Source: a candidate division CPR3 bacterium GWF2_35_18 (GTDB lineage Bacteria; Patescibacteriota; CPR3; GWF2-35-18). From it: a stretch of 64,000 nucleotides of DNA. Below are positions 1-10,270 of this stretch, piece after piece. The stretch is taken from NCBI GenBank assembly GCA_001771135.1, contig MESW01000003.1, positions 72,719-136,718 on the forward strand, given 5' to 3'. Below the pieces are notes generated by a model. That model ran no database searches, had not been told where the DNA came from, and was given only the letters and a program-made list of their open reading frames with translations. Numbering within the stretch: position 1 is the stretch's first letter; every line of letters begins with the position of its first letter. The translations under genes and the position numbers were made by a program.

Positions 1-112
1 GCTTTTTAGCCGGGTTGACTAAGTTTGTAGGTGCAAATAATATTCTGTATTTGATACGAAATTCATACAATATAAACTCCGAATCAAATTCAGAATGATA
101 ATGAAATTTTAC

Positions 113-143
113 AAAAAAGACCGTCTATAGGTTAGACAGCCTT
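113..143 (-). terminator. Intrinsic terminator downstream of the NUDIX gene
   Basis: Minus strand reads GGCTGTCTA-ACCTA-TAGACGGTC followed by T6. Confidence 0.55.
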
Positions 144-190
144 TATAATAAATTTTAATTCTCTCTCAAAGAATACGGGGTTTATATTTT

Positions 191-832
191 CTAATAAATT
201 AAATTTTTCTCGCCTTTCAAAAATCTCTCAGTAAGTAGGGCAATTTTATAGTGATAATTATCCCAACCAATTGGAAATGAATCTCTATTGACCGTAATTT
301 TACTTTTATGACCAGTATTATCTAATATTTCAGTTGTAAATTTATAGGATTTTTGAACATGAACTTTTAATAAATCAGCTAAAGGAGATTCACAGATAGC
401 CTGAACTTCACTCTTCTGTAATTTGTATGAAACAAGCGGAGAGTTATCTATAATCATAAAGATATCGACGATGTTATGACGTATATTTTCATTAATATCT
501 GCACTAATGCTCATTTTTCGTCCCAGATATTTCAGTTCCTCAAATTTATATTCTTTACCTAGCTCTTCCTGAACTTCACGTAGTCCGTCAGAAATAGTTT
601 CTCCAGCGTTATAATGTCCGCCAGCAGAAACGTCCAGTTTTCCTGGAGCCCAGGCGCTTTTTTGACTTCGAATTTGATAAACAATTGCCGGAAATGGTTT
701 ATTTTTAATTACCCAAAGATTAAAAGTTCCCAACCAATCTTCATCTCTCCAGGCTTCATTTAGAGGTTTTTTGACCCCGGATTTTTGAAATGAAGGAGGT
801 TTTAAAATATCAACGTATTCGGTCATACACAA
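191..832 (-). CDS. NUDIX hydrolase (IPP isomerase-like subfamily); likely start is the ATG at 826
   Basis: Nudix box GGHYNAGETISDGLREVQEELG preceded by WAPGKLDVSA. Confidence 0.8.
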   Translation of the reverse strand: MCMTEYVDILKPPSFQKSGVKKPLNEAWRDEDWLGTFNLWVIKNKPFPAIVYQIRSQKSAWAPGKLDVSAGGHYNAGETISDGLREVQEELGKEYKFEELKYLGRKMSISADINENIRHNIVDIFMIIDNSPLVSYKLQKSEVQAICESPLADLLKVHVQKSYKFTTEILDNTGHKSKITVNRDSFPIGWDNYHYKIALLTERFLKGEKNLIY

Positions 833-843
833 ATGTAATAATT

Positions 844-2451
844 TTAAACTATTTCGTCTTTACGGTCTCTAACAAATGAAAACCATTCTTCAAAAAGATT
901 AATTATCGTCTTAAATGGCGCCTCAATGAATAAATCAAAAACATAGACTGGTAAATTGAGTTTAGCGAATTGACCGGAAAGTATTGATCCAGTACGAATT
1001 ATCGGAAAGGCAAAAATGTCTGTTAAGGTTGAAATTCCGTTCTGTGAGCTACGAATCAAATTAATATCTCTCACCTGTTGTCGTATCATATATCCGAAAA
1101 AACTCACCAAAGTGAGGAATAAAATAAATATCCCTCCACCAATAATATTGAAATTCATTTTAACTAAAAAGTAAACTATTGCTCCGAACGTAAAGACAAA
1201 CCCTATCGAATATAGCACACCAAAAATTAATCTTTTACTTTTACTTAATTTTTTTCTTTCTTTATAGTCTATAATCTCATCCGGAATAGAATCATAAATA
1301 ATACTTCGAATATAATCTTGAATTGCGATTGTATTTTTCTCTCCTGGAACTCGTATCGTCAAAGTAACCAAAAACATAATTGCTGGGGGAACAATTAGAT
1401 TAATTGCTAAAGTAAAATAATTAATTTCTTTTAGGACAATTTTTTCAAACGGAAATTCAATCAGTATCGCTAGTAACATTTTTGTTAAGAAAATATAGAT
1501 AATCGATCTTGTAGTTGCTACCGTCAATTTACTTCTAATTCGGCTATATTTTTCTTCAGTAATTTTTTTGATTAATTGGTTTAAAAAGGTTGTATTTTTT
1601 ACTTTTTGTCTTACATCAAAAGGATTTTTCTCCAAAGCATCTTGTAGAATTAAAAACGGAGAGATGTTATTACGACAATAATAAAAAAGCTTCTCGGTAA
1701 TTTTACTTGTAATAATTTCGTTTATTTTTCTTCTAACTAAGATTAGATCCCTGGCAATATTTTTATATTCTCTGTTACTTTTATCCCAACTTGGAAAATA
1801 CTTTTTGAAAAGATCAAATGATAGTAAAGCACGATCTGCCTTTAGTAAGGCTTTTCGTAATGCCACTCTAAAAATATAAATCTTTTCTTCCTCATTATAC
1901 TTATCGGTTTCAAAATTCACATGAGGAAATAAAGTTTTGTAAGTATAGTCAAACATTGCTTCTCTTTTTACTGCGGAAGAAAGATTTTCTTCAATTTCAC
2001 AAGAAGCCAGTGATAATAAAAATTCAAAATTACCCTTTGTTCCTTTGACCTCGAGCTTTAAATGGTTAAACTCTTTCCAAAGTTCAAGATAATTATCAAT
2101 TATGATCGAAACCTCTTTAATTTTGGATTCAGGAATCTTCTCATTTTCTAAATAGCGAGCCCAAATCAGCTCACGGATTAATCCTTCGGCGGTTTCTTCA
2201 CTAGTATTTTGAAGATAGATAAGACGTTTTAACATCCTTTCGATCGCGGCACGACGCAGTAGGTGTTGTTCGCGATATTCTACCGCGTTTCGAATCATTT
2301 CATAAAAAGATGCAGCAGCAGAAATCACAAAGTTTACTTTAATTGTTTCTGATCTTTTTTGAGTTTGTTTGACTTGAGTTTCGGATTCGTAAACGTTAAG
2401 TAATTTTTCAAATTTGGAATTCAAATCGTATTGTTCGGGAATTTCAGTCAT
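844..2451 (-). CDS. Conserved hypothetical membrane protein with a helical soluble N-terminus and about 4 C-terminal TM helices
   Basis: 535-aa ORF; YEMIRNAVEYREQHLLRRAAIERMLKR motif recalled from CPR proteins; hydrophobic segments in the C-terminal half. Confidence 0.7.
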   Translation of the reverse strand: MTEIPEQYDLNSKFEKLLNVYESETQVKQTQKRSETIKVNFVISAAASFYEMIRNAVEYREQHLLRRAAIERMLKRLIYLQNTSEETAEGLIRELIWARYLENEKIPESKIKEVSIIIDNYLELWKEFNHLKLEVKGTKGNFEFLLSLASCEIEENLSSAVKREAMFDYTYKTLFPHVNFETDKYNEEEKIYIFRVALRKALLKADRALLSFDLFKKYFPSWDKSNREYKNIARDLILVRRKINEIITSKITEKLFYYCRNNISPFLILQDALEKNPFDVRQKVKNTTFLNQLIKKITEEKYSRIRSKLTVATTRSIIYIFLTKMLLAILIEFPFEKIVLKEINYFTLAINLIVPPAIMFLVTLTIRVPGEKNTIAIQDYIRSIIYDSIPDEIIDYKERKKLSKSKRLIFGVLYSIGFVFTFGAIVYFLVKMNFNIIGGGIFILFLTLVSFFGYMIRQQVRDINLIRSSQNGISTLTDIFAFPIIRTGSILSGQFAKLNLPVYVFDLFIEAPFKTIINLFEEWFSFVRDRKDEIV

Positions 2452-2524
2452 AATAAATATATAAAAGGTATTTGGGCAGATTTACCTGTAAAAACAGGTA
2501 AAAAGAAAAAGATTCAGCCTTAGT

Positions 2525-4612
2525 CTATTCAATTTTGATCTTTACGTCAACTACTTTCGTAAAATCTTGACCAATAATTAAGGGATTCAAGTCTAATTCT
2601 GAAATCTGAGGAAAATCGATTACTAATTGTTGAATTTTTATTAGAATATCCTTGATAGCAGAAACATCGTAGCTTTTACCTCTTAACCCTTGTAATATTT
2701 TATTTATTTTAGTTTCAGTAATCATCTTGTCTATTGAGATTTTATCGGTGGGGATTATTCGAAATGCAACATCCTTATAAACTTCAGTATAGATTCCTCC
2801 TGATCCAAACATTAGTAGATGTCCGAAATTTGGGTCTTTTTTTACGCCAATAATAATTTCTAGTCCTTCTGGAAGCATTTCCTGGATTAAAACCCCTTCA
2901 ATATATTTTTCGAGAACATATTTTCTGGCCTTTTTAACCAAATCATCAAAGTTTTTAAGTAATTCTTTCTCATTCTTTACATTTAAAATAACTCCACTGT
3001 AATCAGTTTTATGAATCAGTTTTGATGAGGATAGCTTCATTACAACAGGATATTTTAGAAGTTCAAGGTAATTTTTGGCTGTTTGTTTATTTTTGGCAAC
3101 ATATACTTGTGCAGTCGGAACATCATATAAATTGAGAATTTTAAAAGCTTCCGCATCCTTTAAATATTCATTCTGCTTATGTCTAAAAATTTCCTCAACT
3201 TTCAGTTTGTGATGTATCGGAATAGCTGTAAATTGATAAAATTTATTTCTTCGAGCATTTTGAACCTTCCACTTCTCATATTTTATGAGTTTTGAAAGCG
3301 CTTTAATTGCCTCTGAAGGATATTTAAACTGAGCGACTTTGTTCTTTTGTAAGATATCAATACCTTTTTCAACGTTAACACCGCCAATAAAGGAAGTGAG
3401 AATTAGTTTTTTCTTCTGCTTGGCATATTTTACAATCACGTTAGCAGTTTTTTTGATCTCAGTCATAAACTGAGGAGTCAGAAGGACTAGAATTGTATCG
3501 ATATTCTTATCGTTAACTAGGTTATGTAACGCCCATTCATAACGATCCGAAAGAGCATCTCCAATTACATCTAAAGGATCTCTAATGTTGATAGTTGAAG
3601 GTAAATTTTCACCTAAATTCTTTATCGTTACTTGCGAAAATTTTGCCAATTGTAGCTGTTGTTTTATCAAACTTTCGGTTGCAATGACCGCTGGACCTCC
3701 AGCATTTGTGATAATAGCAATCCGATCACCAAAAGGCACGGGGAAGTTATTAAAAATCAACATCAGATTGAAGAATTCTTGGATCGAATCAACATGAATC
3801 AGTCCATTCTGTTCAAATCCAGTATTGATTATTTTCTGATCTTGAGCCAGTGAACCGGTGTGTGATGAAATTGCTTTTTTCCCTTCCGCAGTTTCACCTG
3901 GTTTTAGCACTATTATGGGTTTTTCATATCCTACTTCACGAGCTTTTTGTAAGAAATGCTTACCTGATCGAACATCTTCAAGATACGCAAAGATACTTTT
4001 TAGTTTTTTATCGGAAGCCCAAATATCAAGAAAATCAGATTCGTTAAGATCGAGTTTATTACCTAAACTTACAAAGTAAGAAAAACCCAAATTAACCTCT
4101 TCGGCCATATCGAGAATAGAAGTTGCAATGGCTCCAGACTGACTCATAAAAGCCACGTTACCTTTGTTAGGAAGGTTCGCAGCAAAGGTAGCATTTAGGT
4201 TTTGGAGAGTATTTATAAAACCCAAACAGTTTGGTCCTAAAATTCGGAATTTATATTCACCTTTTAATCTTAAGATATCGTTTTCCAGATCTAAACCCTT
4301 TTTCCCCTGTTCTCTGAATCCAGCGCTGATAATGACAATATTCCGGATACCTTTTTGTCCGCATTCTTCCATAATTTTAGCGACAAATGAGGCTGGAACA
4401 ACAATAACAGCCAAATCAATTTTATCTTCAACGGATAAGACAGAAGGATAGCAACGAAGATGAAATATTTTCTTTGCCTTTGGATTGATAGGGTACACGC
4501 GACCTTGAAACCCATAATCAATAATGTTTCGAACAATGGCCGAACCAAGCTTTTTTATATTTCTTGATGCACCAATGACTGCGATCGACTGGGGGCTTAG
4601 AAAATCATTCAT
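2525..4612 (-). CDS. Acetate--CoA ligase (ADP-forming), alpha-beta fusion
   Basis: CoA-binding SIAVIGAS, GPNCLG, SQSGA, phospho-His SHTGSLA, C-terminal ATP-grasp (HKTD, ELDLNPL). Confidence 0.9.
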   Translation of the reverse strand: MNDFLSPQSIAVIGASRNIKKLGSAIVRNIIDYGFQGRVYPINPKAKKIFHLRCYPSVLSVEDKIDLAVIVVPASFVAKIMEECGQKGIRNIVIISAGFREQGKKGLDLENDILRLKGEYKFRILGPNCLGFINTLQNLNATFAANLPNKGNVAFMSQSGAIATSILDMAEEVNLGFSYFVSLGNKLDLNESDFLDIWASDKKLKSIFAYLEDVRSGKHFLQKAREVGYEKPIIVLKPGETAEGKKAISSHTGSLAQDQKIINTGFEQNGLIHVDSIQEFFNLMLIFNNFPVPFGDRIAIITNAGGPAVIATESLIKQQLQLAKFSQVTIKNLGENLPSTINIRDPLDVIGDALSDRYEWALHNLVNDKNIDTILVLLTPQFMTEIKKTANVIVKYAKQKKKLILTSFIGGVNVEKGIDILQKNKVAQFKYPSEAIKALSKLIKYEKWKVQNARRNKFYQFTAIPIHHKLKVEEIFRHKQNEYLKDAEAFKILNLYDVPTAQVYVAKNKQTAKNYLELLKYPVVMKLSSSKLIHKTDYSGVILNVKNEKELLKNFDDLVKKARKYVLEKYIEGVLIQEMLPEGLEIIIGVKKDPNFGHLLMFGSGGIYTEVYKDVAFRIIPTDKISIDKMITETKINKILQGLRGKSYDVSAIKDILIKIQQLVIDFPQISELDLNPLIIGQDFTKVVDVKIKIE

Positions 4613-4618
4613 ATATGT

Positions 4619-5878
4619 TTACTTATGAATAACTTGAGCGATTATTTCCTTAGTATTTACAACATTCAATTTATTGAATAATGTCGTAAATTTTTCTACC
4701 AACTTATTCCTGATCTCCGTTTGAATTTCCGGAGACAAATCCCAACAATCTTTTTTGAAAGGACCAATAGCCTTTTTTCTAGTTTTATACAGAAACTGTT
4801 CCTCAGTTTGACCATCTTTTTTCTCATCAGCACAGTTTGCTTTCACATATTCATGAACTTTATCTTTGAGTTCTTTGGGGAAAGCAGGATGATCATAAGT
4901 CATATTTTGAAATTCAGTTGCAAGATGGACTTCAAGAGTTCCTTTCTTGGGAAAATTATCAAAAGCTTCTTCTGGTAGTGTTGAAGCTCCATGTTGAACA
5001 GCACCACCTAGCCCATATGTTTGACACTCTTTAGACATTATTCCTAAAGTGTCAAAATCAATTTTTACTTTGGCTAGAGTGCCATCTGGTAAAACAACGC
5101 CACCATGGGTTGTTCCAGTTTGAACGCTCACCTTTGATAACCCCACGAAGTTTCCTTTTGCCTGTAATAAAGCTTGATAACCTTCCAAATAAGCTTGTAG
5201 CTCTTCGGGAGAGCTATTTTTACCTCCGACTTCACCTATTTCTCCACCAACTGATACCGTGGGACCCAAATTAAGCTCTTTTTCAAGATTACGAATGTAA
5301 ACTGTTAAATCAGCCGTTTGTTCGTAATTATTCTTTTGTTGTTCTGAAATCGTGGTTTTTGTAAGATCTACCAAAGTAGAGGCATCGATGTCAATATTAT
5401 AAAAATGCGCCTCCAAAGATTCTCGAATTAGATCTTTAATCGCTTGAGCCTCCTTCTGGGGTTCTACTAAAAATTTTTTGAGCTTGAATTGATAGTGATC
5501 GCCTTGAAGAAATATCGGACCGACAAAGTTTTCTTTAATCGCTGCCGCCAAAATTGAGGTCGTAAATTCTGCCGGACGTTGGTCTGTATAACCGATTTCA
5601 GATCTAGCAATTTCGAATATTAATGCTCCAACTTTCAAATTATTTGCAGCTTGAAAGATAGCACGTGCCATATTATAGCTCATCATCCGAACATTGATAG
5701 CCGGTACTGAGAAACCTTCAAATTGATGTTTTCCTCTCGCCATATAAAAATCATGAATAGAAGCAGGATAAATTCCCATGGATAATGCCGTCTCATAAAT
5801 CGACTTACGTGCATTTTCTTTTTCTGCATCTACTCCAAAAGTCGCGGTATAAATTAATGTATCAATATTTTCTGACAT
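4619..5878 (-). CDS. Class II (metal-dependent) fructose/tagatose-bisphosphate aldolase family
   Basis: VPAINVR, GDHYQ, GGEIGEVG, GTTHGG and VQHGAS motifs; start moved to ATG 5878, which follows an AAGGAG RBS. Confidence 0.8.
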   Translation of the reverse strand: MSENIDTLIYTATFGVDAEKENARKSIYETALSMGIYPASIHDFYMARGKHQFEGFSVPAINVRMMSYNMARAIFQAANNLKVGALIFEIARSEIGYTDQRPAEFTTSILAAAIKENFVGPIFLQGDHYQFKLKKFLVEPQKEAQAIKDLIRESLEAHFYNIDIDASTLVDLTKTTISEQQKNNYEQTADLTVYIRNLEKELNLGPTVSVGGEIGEVGGKNSSPEELQAYLEGYQALLQAKGNFVGLSKVSVQTGTTHGGVVLPDGTLAKVKIDFDTLGIMSKECQTYGLGGAVQHGASTLPEEAFDNFPKKGTLEVHLATEFQNMTYDHPAFPKELKDKVHEYVKANCADEKKDGQTEEQFLYKTRKKAIGPFKKDCWDLSPEIQTEIRNKLVEKFTTLFNKLNVVNTKEIIAQVIHK

Positions 5879-5897
5879 AGAAACTCCTTTTTTTCCT

Positions 5898-5971
5898 GTC
5901 ATTCCGGACTTGATCCGGAATCTATTATTTTAAATAATTATTACTGGATCCCGTATCAAGTATGGGATAAC
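5898..5971. repeat. REP/RPE/dRS3-like nested palindromic element
   Basis: GTCATTCCGGACTTGATCCGGAATC (5898-5922) has an inverted partner GATCCCGTATCAAGTATGGGATAAC (5947-5971); each arm is itself palindromic. Confidence 0.7.
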
Positions 5972-5978
5972 TTTAATG

Positions 5979-6872
5979 TCATTTTAATTTTTCGATTGCT
6001 TCAGAAACTAAATTTTTGGATCCAATATAAACTGGGGTACGATGATCCACTTTATTGGGAACTATTTCTAAAGTTCTTTTCACTCCATCTGAAGCTGCTC
6101 CACCCGCAGCCTCAGCGATAAAAGACATTGGTCCGACTTCAAAAAGAACTCTTAACTTACCTTCTGGTTTTTCGATTAACGCTGGATAGCTAAAGATTCC
6201 GCCATACGTTAAAATTTGGTGAAAATCTGGAACAAAAGAACCGCTGTAACGAAGCTTCAAACCTGCTTCTTCATATGATTTAATCAGCTGTTTATGTTTT
6301 TCCGTCCATTTTGTGTATAATCCACCCGGAGAATAGAGTTTCCCGTCTTCAGATAGTTTCATATCTTCTTTTACGAGGTCAAAAACACCTTCATCATTAA
6401 GAACAAATTGAGAAACTCCGGATTGATCAGCAAATACCATGAGAGTAAGTGGTCCAAGCAAAATATAAAAAGCAGATTTGATATTGGATAACCCACTCAT
6501 AATTTCCCCGTTTTCATAAATGGAAACAATAATCCCTACCGCAAGATTGGTTGGAATGAGAGAAGAACCATCTAAAGGATCAATTGTCACTCCAAAATGT
6601 CCCCGCGTACTTTCCATATGAATCACATCAGCTTCTTCTTCACTGCCGGCCTGTTTTACAAGACCAGATGATTTGAAAGCAGTAAGGAGTATTTCGTTAG
6701 CTCTTTTATCCAGTTTGATTTGTTCTTCGCCATAGAGATTATAAGTACCAGCTTTTTTGTCTCCACCTAAAAATTCCGTCTTTATAGGCTTTATTTGATC
6801 TACTATAACTTGAATCATGTCAATAAAATCTTTAGATTGATTATTACCTTGAAGATAGGAAGAAAGTGTCAT
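5979..6872 (-). CDS. fbp: Fructose-1,6-bisphosphatase class I
   Basis: GEEQIKLD, GSEE, DPLDGSS, LRYSGSFVPDFHQIL, GKLRVLFEVGPMSF. Confidence 0.9.
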   Translation of the reverse strand: MTLSSYLQGNNQSKDFIDMIQVIVDQIKPIKTEFLGGDKKAGTYNLYGEEQIKLDKRANEILLTAFKSSGLVKQAGSEEEADVIHMESTRGHFGVTIDPLDGSSLIPTNLAVGIIVSIYENGEIMSGLSNIKSAFYILLGPLTLMVFADQSGVSQFVLNDEGVFDLVKEDMKLSEDGKLYSPGGLYTKWTEKHKQLIKSYEEAGLKLRYSGSFVPDFHQILTYGGIFSYPALIEKPEGKLRVLFEVGPMSFIAEAAGGAASDGVKRTLEIVPNKVDHRTPVYIGSKNLVSEAIEKLK

Positions 6873-6977
6873 TGTTGACTCCTTGTGTAAATGCTTGATT
6901 GAAAATAATAAATACTATATATTTTATTGTAGAAGGTTTAAAAACTTTGTGCAATAGAAAAATGAAAGGAGTTATAT

Positions 6978-7238
6978 ATGGCAGGATTAAAACTAGGAGA
7001 AGCACCAACCAAAACAATTGCAGATGCCTTTTGGAACACTGAAACAACTGAAGAAAAATTTGATCCAGAAAAAAAAGCAGCCCAAGGATTATTAGGACTA
7101 CGTACAATTAATTGTAAAGGAAATCCCGAAAAATTAGCTGAATTTGATGAGATGGTTAATCAACAAAGGTCTCAAGGAAAATCGTTTACAGAAATTTATG
7201 AAGAAGTTGAAGCAGCAACATTCTCCGAATTAGTATAA
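6978..7238 (+). CDS. Hypothetical acidic protein (86 aa)
   Basis: AAAGGAG RBS before the ATG; fills the fbp-gpmI gap on the opposite strand. Confidence 0.65.
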   Translation: MAGLKLGEAPTKTIADAFWNTETTEEKFDPEKKAAQGLLGLRTINCKGNPEKLAEFDEMVNQQRSQGKSFTEIYEEVEAATFSELV

Positions 7239-7270
7239 ATAGTACTAACTTTACATTTATTATTTAATAC

Positions 7271-8911
7271 TTATCTAATTAGTATTCTTCCCGTCATTTC
7301 CTGCGGTATTGGTAATCCCATCACTTTTAGAATCGTAGGAGCTACGTCTCCCAATATTCCTGGTTGTAATGTCTTCAAACCAGTGGGAACAGGACCAATG
7401 TAGATAAAAGGGACTGGAAAGTTGGAATGTTCTGTGTCGGGTTCATTCAGTTCACGATTAAACATCTCCTCGACATTCCCATGATCAGCTGTAACTATCA
7501 TCACTCCTCCCATGCCTTTTACAACTGGTGCTAATTTCCCCAAACAGATATCAATAGCTTCACAAGCTTTAATTCCGGCTGCAATTTTACCAGTATGACC
7601 TACCATATCAGGATTAGCAAAATTGATTACAATAAAATCATAAATATTTTGTTTAATCTTTTGTACCAAAACATCCGTTAATTCGAAACTCGACATTTCA
7701 GGTTTCAAATCATATGTAGGAATAGATGGAGAGGGAATAATAATACGGTCTTCACCTGGAAAGGGATCTTCACGTAAACCATTAAAATAATAGGTAACAA
7801 AACGTTCTTTTTCGGTCTCAGAGATGTGCAGCTGTCTTTTTTGATGATCAGAAAGAACTTCAGATATTGTCTGTTTAATTGAACGACGAGGAAAAGCAAT
7901 TGCCGAAACAGGTAAACCTTCTTCATATTGAGTCATCGTCACAAAAAAAAGATTTTGGATGAAGTTAGGTCTACTGAAAGTGGTAATTTTATGAATTTGG
8001 ACTCTTTTTTTCAAAGGAAGTTCTTCTTTAAAAATATCTTTTCGAACTTCCACGTATTCAAAATTAGGTAACACAAATGCTTTTGTTAGCTGTCTCGGGC
8101 GATCGACTCGATGATTGAAGAAAATTACCGCATCGTTATCGTGAATAAGACCAATGGGATTATTATTTTCGTCTACGATGTTTATCGGTTTAATAAATTC
8201 ATCAGTTATCCCTTGTTCGTAAGAGTGAATGAGCGCCTTTTGAGCATCTTTTTCTTTGATTCCGGTTCCTTGAGTTAAACAGTTATAACATACTTCTGTT
8301 CGATCCCAACGATTATCACGATCCATAGCATAGTAACGTCCAGTAATGGTCGCGATCTTTCCCACTCCAGTTTCTTTCATTCGATTTTCAACCTCAACAA
8401 CAAAGGTAATGCCTTCATGTGGAGGGTCATCACGACCATCAGTAAATACATGTAGGAAAACTCGTTTTACATCGTACTCTTTAGCTAACCATAACAAACT
8501 ATTAAGATGATCGGTAGAGGCATGTACAGCAGACGGTTGAATAATTCCGACCAAGTGAAGAGCTGAATCATTACGATTGACGTGTTCTACAGCTTTTACA
8601 AAAGCTTCATTACGGATGAAAGTACCGTCAATAATTGATTGGTTTATTCGTTGCAAATCTTGATAAACAACTCTTCCAGCACCAATATTTAAGTGTCCCA
8701 CTTGAGAACTTCCATCTTGAGCATCAGGTAGTCCTACGGATTTTCCCGAAGCTTGAAGATGTGTATGTGGGTTATTTAACCACAATTTATGATAGTTAGG
8801 CATTGAAGCCAAAAGAGTCGCATCACTTTCAAGATCTTTTTGGGGAGCAATACCAAATCCGTCTAATATCACAAGCACAACTGGTTTTGGAGCACTAACA
8901 GAATTATCCAT
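7271..8911 (-). CDS. gpmI: 2,3-bisphosphoglycerate-independent phosphoglycerate mutase
   Basis: ILDGFG, GSSQVGHLNIGAGR, DGRD, GRYYAMDRD, NPDMVGHTG, TADHGN. Confidence 0.93.
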   Translation of the reverse strand: MDNSVSAPKPVVLVILDGFGIAPQKDLESDATLLASMPNYHKLWLNNPHTHLQASGKSVGLPDAQDGSSQVGHLNIGAGRVVYQDLQRINQSIIDGTFIRNEAFVKAVEHVNRNDSALHLVGIIQPSAVHASTDHLNSLLWLAKEYDVKRVFLHVFTDGRDDPPHEGITFVVEVENRMKETGVGKIATITGRYYAMDRDNRWDRTEVCYNCLTQGTGIKEKDAQKALIHSYEQGITDEFIKPINIVDENNNPIGLIHDNDAVIFFNHRVDRPRQLTKAFVLPNFEYVEVRKDIFKEELPLKKRVQIHKITTFSRPNFIQNLFFVTMTQYEEGLPVSAIAFPRRSIKQTISEVLSDHQKRQLHISETEKERFVTYYFNGLREDPFPGEDRIIIPSPSIPTYDLKPEMSSFELTDVLVQKIKQNIYDFIVINFANPDMVGHTGKIAAGIKACEAIDICLGKLAPVVKGMGGVMIVTADHGNVEEMFNRELNEPDTEHSNFPVPFIYIGPVPTGLKTLQPGILGDVAPTILKVMGLPIPQEMTGRILIR

Positions 8912-8926
8912 AAAAGTATTTCCTTT

Positions 8927-10270
8927 TTAGATTTTCTCCAGAATTTTAAGTTCTTCTTCTATTTTCATAAGGCGATTATACTTAGAAACTCTTTCACCTT
9001 TACGGGGAGCTCCTGATTTGAAATATTCAGCTCCAACTGCCACAGAAAAATCTGCCAAAAAATCGTCATTTGTTTCACCAGAACGATGGGAAAAGACAAT
9101 TTTTAATTTTTGCTGTTGAGCAGTAATTACAACATTCAAAAGATCCAAAACTGAACCAATTTGATTGGGTTTTATAGAAATTGCGTTTGCCCAATGTTCT
9201 TTTCGATTTTGGTTAATTTTTTCCATATTACCATTAAAAAGATCATCTCCCACGACTCCTATAAAATTAGGAACTTTATGCTTGAATTCAACCCAATGTT
9301 TATAATCATCAGCAGAAAGAGGATCTTCGAAAAAGATAATAGGGAAATCTTTCGCAAATTTTAAAAGATATTCTACCATCTCTTCTGGTGTAAATTTCTT
9401 CTTTCCTTGAGAAACAGTATACAATCGATTTATATGGTCATAAATACCTGTAGCCGCAATATCTAAACCAAAATAGACTGAAGATTCCAGTCTAGTTTCC
9501 AGTTTGGAAATTGCTTGCATAATAATCTCTAAAGCCTTTGTATCACTATCAAGAGAAGGCATAAATCCACCTTCATTCGAAAGAGATGTATATTCATAAT
9601 CACTACCCATCAAGTCCTTTTGAATCTGATGATCAATTTCCGAAGCGTATCGTAATTTATCACAATAATTAGGAATACCTTTTAGTATTACCATAAAATC
9701 CTGAAAGTCTAATTTACTCTTTTGGGACTCACGACCATTTATCATATTAAAAATTGGCTCTGGAATAGCCATTTTTTTCATTGGTTCTATGTTTTGAACG
9801 GTTTCTAAATTGATAGTATCACCTTCAGATTTAAATAAATGATTATATTGCTTTTCATATAAATAATGCAGATATTCAAACAAAGATTGATTACGACTGG
9901 CAGCTCCAGCTTTAGCCACGGCCATAGACGTTGATAAGATGGTATTACTACCTAAATGAGCCTTATTCGGAGTCCCGTCTAGATCAGCAAGAAGCTCATC
10001 AATATCAAATTGATCTTGGGGATCTTTTTTATACAAACGTGGAGCAATGGTTTTGTTCACATTGGTAACCGCACGAGTCACTCCATAGCCATGATATCGA
10101 CTCATGTCTTTATCTCTAATTTCAACATTATCTTCAATACCGTAACTAGTCCCTGAAGCTGAAGAAGAATAAACCTTTACTCCATTCGACAAAGTTACTT
10201 CAACCTCAATTGTCGGTAAACCACGTGATTCTAAAATCTCTCGTCCTTTGACTTCTTGAATGTATAACAT
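8927..10270 (-). CDS. eno: Enolase (divergent)
   Basis: REILESRGLPTIEVEV, EDPL, VGDDLF, IKPNQIG, SHRSGET, ERVSKYNRL. Confidence 0.85.
   Translation of the reverse strand: MLYIQEVKGREILESRGLPTIEVEVTLSNGVKVYSSSASGTSYGIEDNVEIRDKDMSRYHGYGVTRAVTNVNKTIAPRLYKKDPQDQFDIDELLADLDGTPNKAHLGSNTILSTSMAVAKAGAASRNQSLFEYLHYLYEKQYNHLFKSEGDTINLETVQNIEPMKKMAIPEPIFNMINGRESQKSKLDFQDFMVILKGIPNYCDKLRYASEIDHQIQKDLMGSDYEYTSLSNEGGFMPSLDSDTKALEIIMQAISKLETRLESSVYFGLDIAATGIYDHINRLYTVSQGKKKFTPEEMVEYLLKFAKDFPIIFFEDPLSADDYKHWVEFKHKVPNFIGVVGDDLFNGNMEKINQNRKEHWANAISIKPNQIGSVLDLLNVVITAQQQKLKIVFSHRSGETNDDFLADFSVAVGAEYFKSGAPRKGERVSKYNRLMKIEEELKILEKI

Noticed and set aside
1-120. Minus-strand frame LYEFRIKYRILF resembling a RelE/HigB toxin
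   Set aside because: Too short, no convincing start, and cut by the window edge
5979-5981. TGA recoding (code 25) as an explanation for the folC start problem
   Set aside because: TGA ends fbp, folC and other genes at their expected C-termini, and conserved genes are uninterrupted under code 11
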